Below are positions 53,101-64,000 of a stretch of DNA of 64,000 nucleotides, in pieces. The notes beneath the pieces are model-generated. The model saw only the letters and a list, made by a program, of their open reading frames with translations. It searched no databases and was not told where the DNA came from. Within the stretch, counting starts at the first letter, position 1, and every line of letters begins with the position of its first letter. The stretch is from Paragordius varius (Eukaryota; Animalia; Nematomorpha). Location of the stretch: contig OZ176055.1 of the NCBI GenBank assembly GCA_964247055.1, positions 3,224,001 to 3,288,000 on the forward strand, in the 5' to 3' direction. Both the position numbers and the translations under genes were made by a program.

Positions 53101-54705
53101 ATGATTGAGAATGACAAAAAAATCTAATCAAGAAATTGTTTCGAGTTAAAATATAGAAAATGTAAAGAGATAATATACCAATCGGTAAGATGGATATAAA
53201 GAGATTTGATTTCTTTTTATGTTGTTCACCAGAGGTGAAAGTGGTATAAACTAAACCATACCATTCTTCACTACAAGTGTCGTATAAAGAATTATTTTGG
53301 GTAAAATTTTCAGTCCTCTCACCATTCCTGTTCTGATGAGCTGTTTTAAGTTGATCCGATTCAAGAATTTGTATTCTAACAAGGGCACACATTCCTTCTA
53401 GCTTTAAACTTGCGTGTAATAGGACCAAAAAATTTGGGTTTGATTTACCTGTAAAAAGTCAAAACATAATTTTATAGTTTAAATTTTGATAAAATAAAAA
53501 ATAGAGTGGAATACGATACTACCAACAATGTATTTTTTTTAAATAAAAATTTATTATTTTGGGATCATGTAAATTTATATATCTAAGTGGTAAAATAAAA
53601 AGATAGCTTTTTGGTAAATTTTATTCGTTAAACATCTGCATTATAATAGAAATGGTTATTATTTGTGCGTAAATATATAGCAAATATGTCTAATTTTAAA
53701 TTATGATTGGTTTGATTGACCATTGATTTACTCAAAACAAACGCAAAAATAAAGGTCGTTTTTTTATTAATTTTTTGCTTTAAAATTACAAAAAAATGTT
53801 TATATTAAAATAAATATCAGTAAAAATTTATAGCATTTTCTATTTTATTACCAAAATAATGCCAAAATTTTTTCGTAAATTATTTTTTTCTAAAATAAGC
53901 ATACCTTTAGCGTTTGAAACAGTTTCAGTACTAAGAATGACATGTTTAGATAAAGAAGGGAAATTGAGACTTTCTACGTACGGAAAGAATCCATAAATAT
54001 CAAAAATAATTGATTTTATATTCGAAAATTTATTGTGCAGATTGTTATATTGTAAATATTGATAAGGACACATTGGGAATAAATTAACTTTTTCGCTTAT
54101 GGTACCGCATCTTAATAAATATATATAAGTACATATTTAATACTGTATAATAAATGTTAGCTTGTCAAATTTTGGGTTGATTTTAAATTTGTTGTGTTCA
54201 ATTACCATAGATTTGGTAGTTATGTTGGATTCGTCTAAAATTTATATTTGGTTTACCAATAATAACACATTCGCAAAATAAGGGAAATGGAAAATTATAA
54301 AGCATAATGTTTTGCATTTCATCACATCTCTCTTTATCAGTAAATAAAAGTAACTAAAATTCTGTAAAATTTTATAAACCTCAAAATGTGTATCTATTCC
54401 AAAATTTTCAACCGTCAATTGATTTACGTCATTTAATATGTCGCCAATTTTTTTCCGAATTGTTAGTTTTGATTCTTTAAGTTTTTTAATTAATGGATCA
54501 AACTCTGAAAACATAATAAAATCATCATTCATAAACTATAATTATTCGGTTAACATACCAATGATATTTCTTCATATTTATATGTTTCGTGAAAATTTTT
54601 CAAAAAAGTTACAATTTTTTCTTGCGCCTTTGTAGATAAAGAAACGTTATTGATATCTACGCGACCCATAGATAAATTATTATCATAAAATATTTGGGTC
54701 GGCAT
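50194..54705 (-). CDS. INTS14: Integrator complex subunit 14 (VWA9)-like (~656 aa, 11 exons)
   Basis: Exons 54705-54559, 54535-54380, 54353-54257, 54234-54144, 54110-53905, 53448-53179, 52481-52292, 51624-51241, 50807-50714, 50621-50447, 50354-50194; phase-consistent. MPTQIFYDNNLSMGR ~ MPTVVVMDVSLSMTR; LLLFTD; FPFP; PSLSKHVIL ~ PVLSRHLVL; PNFLVLLHASLKLEGM ~ PNFCVLLHGSLKVEGM; EWYGLVY..KKKSNL; YYKELNKFR ~ FYKELNRLR (human motifs recalled from memory). Confidence 0.9.
52916..53087. mobile_element. Small hairpin MITE in INTS14 intron 6
   Basis: TATGCATTTTAATGGCTGC..CACACTATAGT versus ACTATAGTGTAAGGTATGCAACCATTAAAATGCATA (imperfect ~35-bp inverted repeat). Confidence 0.6.
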
Positions 54706-55349
54706 GTGTTTTTAAATTTAACACTTGGATACAACACACTCATTTTAGTCCTTCGATTCAAATTGGGGTAGTTGGATACCCCAGGCCTGTTTAAAATCAA
54801 ATATGTTAAAAATTATGGAAGAAATCGATGGCAAAATTTTGCACTTAAATAACATTAATAAACCGAAATATATAAAATAAATTTTCAAAAATACTTGATA
54901 ATACTTATTTTAAGCTAAAATCGGAAGGTTAAAATTTTGCCAACGTGACATGTGTGAAATAGTAAAATTAAAAAAAACTACAAAATAAACCGCTTTTTTA
55001 TTTCTATCAATGTTAGATGTAATTTAAATAAAAAATTAGCTTTAATATTACCCTTAAAATTAAATGAGGACGATATTTTGCAAAAATTTTATAAAATAAA
55101 AATGGCGTCGAAGCAGTTTGAGATGGAACTTTTTTTTCAAAACGAAATTTTATTAAAATATTTTAGCCTATTTATATAATTTTTATTGGGATAGAAGCAT
55201 AAATTTAAATTAGGACCGTTTCCTTCAGTAGTTTTTTTTAAAATTTAAAATTCAATTTGGTCTGGGGTATTTAGATACCCCAAATTGAATCGAATTGTTA
55301 AATAACAACCAACTGATTTTATCCACGCTTGAAAAACTTCAAAATAAAT
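54706..55349. promoter_or_regulatory. Inferred bidirectional promoter INTS14 / PP2A-A
   Basis: Only 644 bp separate the divergent ATGs (54705 minus, 55350 plus). Contains a YY1-like AAAATGGCG near 55100 and TGGGGTA..TACCCCA palindromes at both element ends. Activity is inferred from gene geometry. Confidence 0.6.
54722..55297 (+). mobile_element. MITE family P, copy F, between the INTS14 and PP2A-A start codons
   Basis: TTAA at 54718-54721 and 55298-55301; colinear with copy A (3584-4163) over its whole length. Confidence 0.88.
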
Positions 55350-58300
55350 ATGCCTGAAGATTCTGAACCAAACTCTAACGTAACAACTCCAAACCCCAAT
55401 GCTAATAACACGATTCCAACTTCACAGCAGCAACAATCTCAGCAACAAACTCGAACTGATGAACTGTATCCAATTGCCGTTTTGATTGATGAGTTAAGGA
55501 ACGAGGATGTTCAAGTAAGCTATTTTTAATTATATTTTATAAAATATAAAAAGTTGTTTTTTCTGGAAATTTTTGCATAATAGATGTATATTTTTAATTT
55601 CCTAATTAAAAAATATATTCCACGCAATTTAGTGTTTCTTTATCGTTCGTAATGCATTTATCTTCTGATATTAATCTATGCCAAGCTGGCATTTCAACCC
55701 TAACATGTCAATTTTTGATATTTTTAACCAATAAATCTAGATCTTTATATCTGAACTAATAATGCACACCCATTTCTTATTATACATTATACAATTGAAA
55801 TGCCACATTTGCTCTTCGATAATAATCCAAAAACCGAAATTATGTCTTTGTTTTGCACAAAATATTTAACTTAACCTTTGAGCACCTTATAAGGAAACCA
55901 TTTTGGTTAACATAAAACCTCATATAATTACTTAAACATAGCTGCTATAGGGTAACTCGCTCAAATATTTATATGGTATAAAACCTCTGTTTCATTCTGT
56001 TTGATTGTTTGTTTTTAGATTGCGACGTAAAGATTTATAGGGCCGGATAGAAGTATTATACTTTAGAGATAAGATAAACACACAAAAAGTTTTGAATCAA
56101 GACCAAGTTTATTAAGCAAAAATTTAAATAATCGTCAATGCGCCTCCTAACCATAACCGGGTCTAATTCACTTGGTTTCGGATAGGAATTGGTGTCTATA
56201 TCACTCACCAAGAAATTTAAAGTTTTAAATTACCCCTTTTTAAGGACATACCGACAAGTATCGCATAACTGTTCATATGCACTTATACATTAAATAGGTT
56301 TATCAAATCAAAAAATCAAGCTCATAAAGAAGCACTTTATTGGCTGCAGTTTTATCACTGGTTTATCTATCCGATGTTATTAAATATTTATTGATAGTGT
56401 TGTTATTTCATTGATTAAATCAAGTTAAAAAGTAAAACAAAATATTTATATTAGACTTAAGGTTAAATGATATAACGGTGCGGACCGAATATTCTGAGTG
56501 TCATTTCTCTGCTATGATTTTGCACCATTTTTCAATGTTTGTGATATTAATTGGGTGTGAGAACGATAAACTAAATTTAATTTTAATTGTCAAATTATAC
56601 AAAGTCGTATGCATAAACCCTGGATTAATACATCTTATGTTGCATTGAAATACTTTTAAGCATATAACTTTTATGTTAAAATATTTCCAGTTTCAAAGGA
56701 GTAAATTTATAATTGGACATGTACGTACATTCAGAGAAAAGTACTTATTTTAATCGCAACAAAATTAATGTATAACCAAATTATATGATACTATTAAAAT
56801 CATCCAGCTTTTAAAATTATTTTCGCATTAATCATTTAGCGTTTAACCAAATTTTTATAGCATAAATTACCCAAACAACCAATTTATCTTATAATCAATC
56901 TATTTTAATATACCATTATAGTGTCGACTAAACAGTATACGGCGTTTGAGTACAATAGCGTTGGCCCTTGGGCCTGAACGAACCCGATCAGAACTTATTC
57001 CCTTCCTTACCGAAGCCATCTATGATGAAGATGAGGTATTACTTGCCTTGGCTGAACAATTGGGCCAATTTACACCCCTGGTTGGGGGTCCGGAATACGT
57101 GCATTGTCTTTTGGTAAATATACCATGTTTTTTTCGGATGGTTGCGAAATTCGTAAAAAAAGGAATTTTTAAATTTTGGTTTTATTAAATTTTTTTGATT
57201 ATTATACAAACGAGATTTACTAATATTAACTAAATGAAAATTGTAGTTTTTATAGTTTATTTAAATAGTGTATAATTTGAGATAACATAATATAATAATG
57301 ATATATTAGTTTATATATTGTTGGTATATACATGTTTTTTTGGTTTGTTAAAAATGGCTTTTAGACAATTTTTAGTTTATTTGCGATTTTTCTACCAACA
57401 AGATTTATTGGTGTTATATAATTGGGTAGTTTAATAATGAAATTTTTTAAATCAGGGTGTTCAACACTCTTTTTTCGGTACGCAAAATAGCTCTTAAAAA
57501 TGTTTAAAAAAATGGATTTTAATTGAAAATTTGCGATTATTTAGAATATCAATATTTTAAAATTGGGCACAAAATAGATAAAAATTAGGGCAGGTGCGTG
57601 GATTTTTGCGTTGGACACTCCTGTATTAGCTTATGTGGTATGAATAGTATTATAAACTGAGTGTATAACATATATATATATATGTTATGGTTTTGAGTTT
57701 TGCCTATATATGAATTTTTTAAATTTGATATATTGTTTGGTAAATATGGCCGTTTTTATATTCTATTGAAACTTCCATAATGATTTGGTTGAAAAAAATT
57801 GTATTTGAGATTTTATCGATATTAGCTGTAACTGAAAATTTATAATAAAATTACTCTAATTTTGGCCATATGCATCAAAACTAAAAATGCAAATTCCCAT
57901 AAAAAGTTCTAAAAACCGGTAAAACTTTCTCTCATATTTTCTTAAAAAATACCTAAACTTTTTTATAAAAGAAATTCCAAAAACGTAAAATAATTCACAT
58001 TTTTTAGTAATGAAATTCCAAAAACGTAAAATAATTCACTCTTTTTTATGTGTAGCCACCGCTTGAAGGCTTAGCCACCGTAGAGGAGACCGTAGTTAGA
58101 GATAAAGCGGTTGAATCGTTAAAAATGTTAGCGGACTTGCACAATACCCAAGCACTTGAAAGCCATTTCGTCCCACTCGTCAAACGATTATCGGTTGGGG
58201 AATGGTTTACTTCACGTACGTCGGGGTGTGGTTTATATGCATGTGCATATTCTCGTGTCTCATCAACCACCAAGGAAGACTTGAGACAGTATGTACTATG

Positions 58301-61300
58301 TCACTCTTCTAAAAATTGAAAAATTTAAAGTTTTTTTGCTGTTTTTAAAGAGAGAACATTTTTTGAATTTCACACACACTTATTTGATGAGGGAAGGAAA
58401 TTTAATATATTTGACTTTTTTATGTTTATTATCTGAAAGAGGTCATATTATTTGAAATTTATGCTGTATCAATGGCTGTTTTTGGGTAGTATTTTGATAT
58501 AATTGACGATTTTTTTAGTTATAAATGAATAATGTTTTTTGGTTACTAATAAATTTGATAAATATTTTTTTGGTTGAGAAAGGGTGAGCGCGAATAGTTA
58601 ATATGAATCACATTGAAACTTTATAATTAAAAGAATGACTTAGAGGTTTTTATAGATTGATGATTTACTTTATTTTTATTTACGCAGGAAAGATAAGCAA
58701 AGTTTTAATTAACTTACATATGGGTAACACTTCACTATCCCTATTGATAATAGTTTGATATAGATTTTTTTTACTGGTTGAAAAAACAATTTATAATTAT
58801 CCATACATAGAGCTATATTATTATTATTAAAAAAGCCCTAGTTGATTAAATGACTTTCTCCGCTTAGTTTATAATGTTGTAAAAAATGCTATGGACACAA
58901 AAAAACCCATTGTAAATAATTATTTTCTTTACATTGGTGTTTCATTAATCGCAATTTTGATTTGAAAAGGAAAGTTTTTCTTATGTACAATTTATGTTAT
59001 AATTGTGATTTTAATGTTTTTAAGCGTTTTTTTGCTTTTTCGATTACAATCTCATGATATGTTTTAAAACGATAGAAGTTTCAAAGCTTTGACCACGGAT
59101 GACACGCCTATGGTAAGGCGAGCAGCTGCAAGCAAACTCGCTGAATTCGCCAAAGTTATTGAACCTGAATACGTTGTTTCGGACATCATACCTCTTTTAG
59201 TAGCCTTGGCCCAGGATGAACAGGTGTGCAAATGCACAAATGCTTTTTTTATCTTTTCATAAAAATTTTGACACTTAAAAAATGTTTTTTCACTTTTTTT
59301 ACATAAGAAAGGGGTAAGTAAGGATTAGTATTGTTTCTAGGAGTTGTGAAAGCTTTAATATTAACTAATCTGTTTGCCCGGATTGACAGTGAATGATTTA
59401 AAAATTGCGTTTTGGGGTTTTACACACCATATATAGAGAGTGAAATAGCGCATACTTACTGTATCATTACCCCTTCGCTTAAATACTTTTTTTAACTCTC
59501 TCTGACTTTGATTTTAGAAAAATCGCTATCTTTATGATTATCAAAAAAACTTATTCATTATACATAGTATCTCAAACATTTTTGTTTCAGCTATTTTTTT
59601 TAATATTTTTACTCCCAATATATGATGTAATTGTTGTAACTTTGTGCATTTTTTATATTACTATTCCCCGATATATAGTTAAATGATTAACCTCGATAAA
59701 TTATTAATTATAGTGTAGGTTTTTTTCTAATGCTTTTTACAAAGCTGTATTACGCCTAATCAACATGTATATGTTTATAAATTCGGTTTTTACCTTCATT
59801 ATGTAGGAATAATAACTAACTTTAAAGACGTTTGTTTTCTACCTATATGAAAATATCTTACAGTAAAAATTGAATATTATATATTTATATACAGACAAAA
59901 TAACGGCAAATTTTTTTTCAAAAACACAATCATACTTTTTAAACCTTAGTTTCCCTATATAAATTAATTACGATTGTCAAATATATTATTAATTGTGTTG
60001 ATATTAAACATCTCTTTTTTATACTTTGCAATTTTAAACAATCAGTTATATTAAAAAATCAAGTTTAACGGTTTTTTTGAATAAAAATAAACTTCAATTT
60101 TTCTTGTAAAATTTTGCCGTAAACTGTTTTGCATCCCTATATATCAAAGTTTATTATTAATTGAAACAACTCTCCTTTTTTTAGCTTAGATAATTAGACC
60201 ACTAATTATTTTTTCTTTTATACTATTTTACCCATAAAACCTAAAATATTTTTAAAAATCTAAATTTTTTCAAATCCTTTTATAAATAAGTAAATTCACT
60301 TATCAGGATTCAGTACGGTTATTAACTGTGGAACCGAGCTTAGTTGTCGCTGGTTTACTCAATCCGAGTGATAGAGAAAAATATGTTGTACCAATCCTCA
60401 AACAGGCTTGTGATGATAAATCTTGGAGGTTTACAAAACACATTTCAAATATAAATTTGCTAAAATTTATTGTCAAAGAGTATTTTTTTCGTCTCATAGA
60501 TTAAGTAAAAAAAAACTTTTTAATTTGCCGATGATAATATTACATAATTATGGATTAAATTGCTTTAATAACGTCGAAGTTTTTTGCCAAAATGTGTTAA
60601 AATTTATTGAATCTTATTACATTTACAGTTTAAATTGACCCTTGAACAATTCAAATTTACCCTTGAACAAATCAAAATCACCCTTGAACAATTCAAATTC
60701 ATCCTTAAATAAATTATTTGTTTTTTAAAAATAAAAATTACCTATATTTTTTTTTACTTAAAAAAAATAATATAATTCTGTAAATTTATAAACTATGTTA
60801 TAAGAATATATTTTATATTAATAATGAGTTATATTTACCCGAAATCACTTAATTTATTTTTTCAAGGGTGAATTTGAATTGTAAATGTTATATTTACCTA
60901 TGTTTTTTTATCTATAGAGTACGTTGTGTGGCCGCAGATAAAATTACCGAAATACTGAAAGCTTTACAAAGTTCCCAGGGAAAAGGTTAATTCCATAATT
61001 GACTTAAATTCAAAAAAAATATTTTACAATGTATTAATTTTTATTTTTTATGGAAAATACTCATTTTAAAACACAAAGAATTTCTTTTGACCCCTATTAT
61101 TTTTATTTAACTTTATCAACGGATTTTTAAATGTTAAATCCGGTTGTTAAAGTTTAAAAGCTAAACATATTTTTTTTTAATTTTTTTGGGTAAATTACTC
61201 CTTTACTTTTTACCCAGGATGAAAGTGTTTTTTAATTTAATCGAAACTAGCTTTCCGTACATTTCCAGGAAATTTTAATATTATCCATCTGTACATCAAT

Positions 61301-63510
61301 GACGGTCACTAATTAAGTTTAAAGCCACATTTAAAATGGTGGAATTCGGATTTGGAATATATATATATATATTATATAATATATACATATATATACCATT
61401 TACAATTCAAATTCACCCTAAAAATAAATAATGTGTTTTCGGGATAATATTAATCATCATATACATAAAATATATTTTTACGACATAGTTTATTGTTATT
61501 TCAGAATTATATCAATTTTAAACAGAATTTCTTAGTAAAAATATTATTTTATAAAGGTAATTTTTGATCTTAAACAACACATCATTTATTTTAGGGTGAA
61601 ATTGAATTGTTTAAGGGTGAATTGGACTGTAAATGGTATATATATATGTCCTGCCCATTATAACGTGTAATATCGCGTTAACATAGTCTAACCCGTTTAT
61701 ATGCCATATTAATTACAATAATAATAACATAATAATTTTATAGTTAGTTCTGTTCCGCCTTTACCGACAAGTACGGCTGAAACAAATTTGTTGTCGTCTA
61801 AGGTGACAAAAGACGCGACAATGTCAGTTTCACCATCTGTCCCCACGGCTACAACTCCTCTCTTAGATAACAATAATAATGGAAACGCGACACCAACTAA
61901 TGAATCTATAGGTATGTTAACATTTTTTTGAATGCCAGAAAATAGAGTTTTTTATAGATATATGATGTAAAAATTAAATTATGGATGGATTAAGATTAAG
62001 TTGTTTTTACGATTAAGGATTTATAAGGCAAGTTTTTGCATAAAAGTGGTTGTTTTTAATCAAATTAATGGTTAATATTATGCTATGAATATGTTTTTGT
62101 AATGTTTTTTATTTTTCAGTGGTTCATGGTTGTTTCTTTGAATATATTATGAGAAACAGATGCTATTAAATTGTGTATATAAAATAACTAAATTTTTATA
62201 AGCGGTTTTTTTGAAATTTATTATAATCAATTAAAGATTAATATTTTTATAGCTAAAACTATAATTTTTTTAAGTCAGTTTTATTTGTAAAAGCTTACCG
62301 TTTTGGGTTGCTTAAATATAGATGCAAAATGGTAACACACTTAAATTCTTGTTAAAAACTGTAACTTTTACGGGCTGTATAAAAAAATCATGGATAAATA
62401 TTGGATTTCGACTATAATATATTTTCCCCTTACTTATAAATCTTAATGTTTTAATTCTTATTGTACTATGTATGTACAGAGCGCAAATTTATGATCTATT
62501 TTTATTGTAAAAAGCAACCAATTATATATAGTTATTTCAATTTTATCGAAACAACATCATTTTAATTATATACCTCAAATTAATAATTTAACTTAATTAT
62601 TCCTAATCTTTAATCTAAACATTAATAATTATTTTTGGTCTTTAAAACTATTGATAATTTTGAAAAGGTGGTATCGTATCACCAACACCTCCAAGTAGCC
62701 CTGGGGCAGTTATAACTCCACTTTTTATTTCGCTACTTAAGGATGGAGAAACTGAAGTTCGCGCTGCTGCTACAAATCAAATTAAAGGTATTATTGATTT
62801 TTTAATTTCTTAAAATAAGATTTTTATAGGGCTAATGGAATATGTATATTTTTACTTATTTATTCACTTTTATAAACTGTATACTTTGAAGAAAAATATT
62901 TTATTGGATGGAGTGTATAAATGGATATTGTTTTTTAAATACTTTAAACTTGTTAAATAAATTTGAAATGGATTAATTCTTTTCGCAAAACTATTAATAT
63001 TTCATATAAAAACATTTTGCAAAACACCAAATAATTTTTTGCCTTATTTGTTGGATCTCAAAAAAAACTGAATAAATATATAATTAGGTTAAACATTTCA
63101 TATAATCTTTAAAATGGTATTAATACTTATAATTTGACATCAAAATTTCATTGCTAAATTTTGGTGATATATATATATAATCAGTAGAATATAAGTAAAA
63201 TGATTTATAGCCATATTTTATATGTAATAATATTTTTCACAAGTTTTAAGATTGATACCCAAAAAACCGTCTCAATACATATCCGTTTATAAAAAAAGTG
63301 AAATGAAAAAGTTATAAAGTGTGTGTGTCTGTTTATATTTTACATCTTTTTAGATTTCTGTCAAAATTTGGATGTTCCTGACAAGGAAAATTTTTTAGTT
63401 GATAACATTATCCCATGTATTCAAGAGCTTGTGAATGATCCTCACACTGCAGTTAAATCGGCCCTCGCTTCAGTCGTTATGGGTTTAGCCCCTATTTTAG
63501 GGAAAGAAAA
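55350..63510 (+). CDS. PPP2R1A: Protein phosphatase 2A scaffold (A/PR65) subunit, 3' end outside window
   Basis: Exons 55350-55514, 56922-57113, 58056-58288, 59076-59223, 60307-60428, 60918-60985, 61744-61911, 62668-62787, 63354-63510. Motifs [97 protein letters not shown]. The A-alpha versus A-beta distinction is not resolvable in an invertebrate. Confidence 0.96.
57453..57623. mobile_element. Short hAT-like MITE in PP2A-A intron 2
   Basis: CAGGGTGTTCAACAC ... GTTGGACACTCCTG; no clear TSD. Confidence 0.45.
60620..60888. mobile_element. MITE family T copy with three to four ~21-bp subterminal repeats, PP2A-A intron 5
   Basis: CCCTTGAACAATTCAAATT(T/C)A-type unit repeated at ~60639-60705; right end AAGGGTGAATTTGAATTGTAAATG. 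Confidence 0.65.
61396..61636. mobile_element. MITE family T, cleanest copy, PP2A-A intron 6
   Basis: (TA)n|CCATTTACAATTCAAATTCACCCT ... AGGGTGAATTGGACTGTAAATGG|(TA)n. Confidence 0.75.
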
Positions 63511-64000
63511 GTTTGATTTGATATGATTTATTTTTGTCGTTTAAAAATATTTCGAATGAAATATTAATAATATTTTTATCTAATGCTTACAGATATAAAA
63601 CCTTAAATTATTTTTTTATTTTTATATTACAAGTGTAAAATATTTACTTGATAATGTTTTTTTTGTAAAAAAATAAATATTTTTTTTTTTTTCATAGATT
63701 AATAAAATATATTTTAGCTTGTTAAAAAATGGTTTATTAAAAGTACGCCATGTTTATAAATCCTTTATATATATATATATATATTATATAGCCATAGGGT
63801 GTTGTTTTGAGGTTTTGCATTGAAATATTCCTAACGACGAGGGTGTTTTATTAAAAGTATATTACAAAAAACATATAAACTTCCCAAAAAGTTAATCTTT
63901 TTGCATCCACTCATTTTTGGATTAATTACATTTTAATATATGCAAATATAAATAAATTAGGCTTAAATGATATTAACGCTATTTTAATAAATATTTAAAA

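Noticed and set aside
54161-54205. 45-nt GT-AG segment in INTS14 that could be another short intron
   Set aside because: It is in frame with no stop, and retaining it gives a length closer to the recalled human spacing before the conserved CG motif. Treated as coding and not counted as a micro-intron.
3275-54256. Alternative genetic code or stop-codon readthrough as an explanation for the interruptions
   Set aside because: The 22-26 nt interruptions are not multiples of 3, all have GT..AG ends, and long exons contain no in-frame TAA/TAG/TGA. Splicing explains them.

Overview
Eukaryotic, very AT-rich genomic DNA in the standard genetic code, most likely an invertebrate animal; the taxon cannot be assigned from the sequence alone. 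Gene models were spliced by hand using GT-AG junctions, frame continuity and recalled family motifs. No database search was run. Recognisable genes: ZNF830-like (minus, runs off the left edge), a divergent CYP2-clan-like cytochrome P450 (minus), IMPDH (plus), INTS14/VWA9 (minus) and the PP2A scaffold A subunit (plus, runs off the right edge). Three orphan secreted proteins are also predicted. Mobile DNA includes a nearly intact RTE-clade LINE with a 13-bp TSD, two decayed mariner copies, a Penelope-like fragment, a 1.7-kb foldback palindrome and several MITE families. Two signals stand out. (1) Homology-supported 22-26 nt spliceosomal micro-introns cluster at the 5' ends of three genes whose later introns are mostly hundreds to thousands of nt. 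(2) A ~580-bp piggyBac-like MITE makes up almost the whole interval between the head-to-head INTS14 and PP2A-A start codons. The same element sits in the same orientation just upstream of ZNF830, suggesting a transposon-derived housekeeping promoter module.
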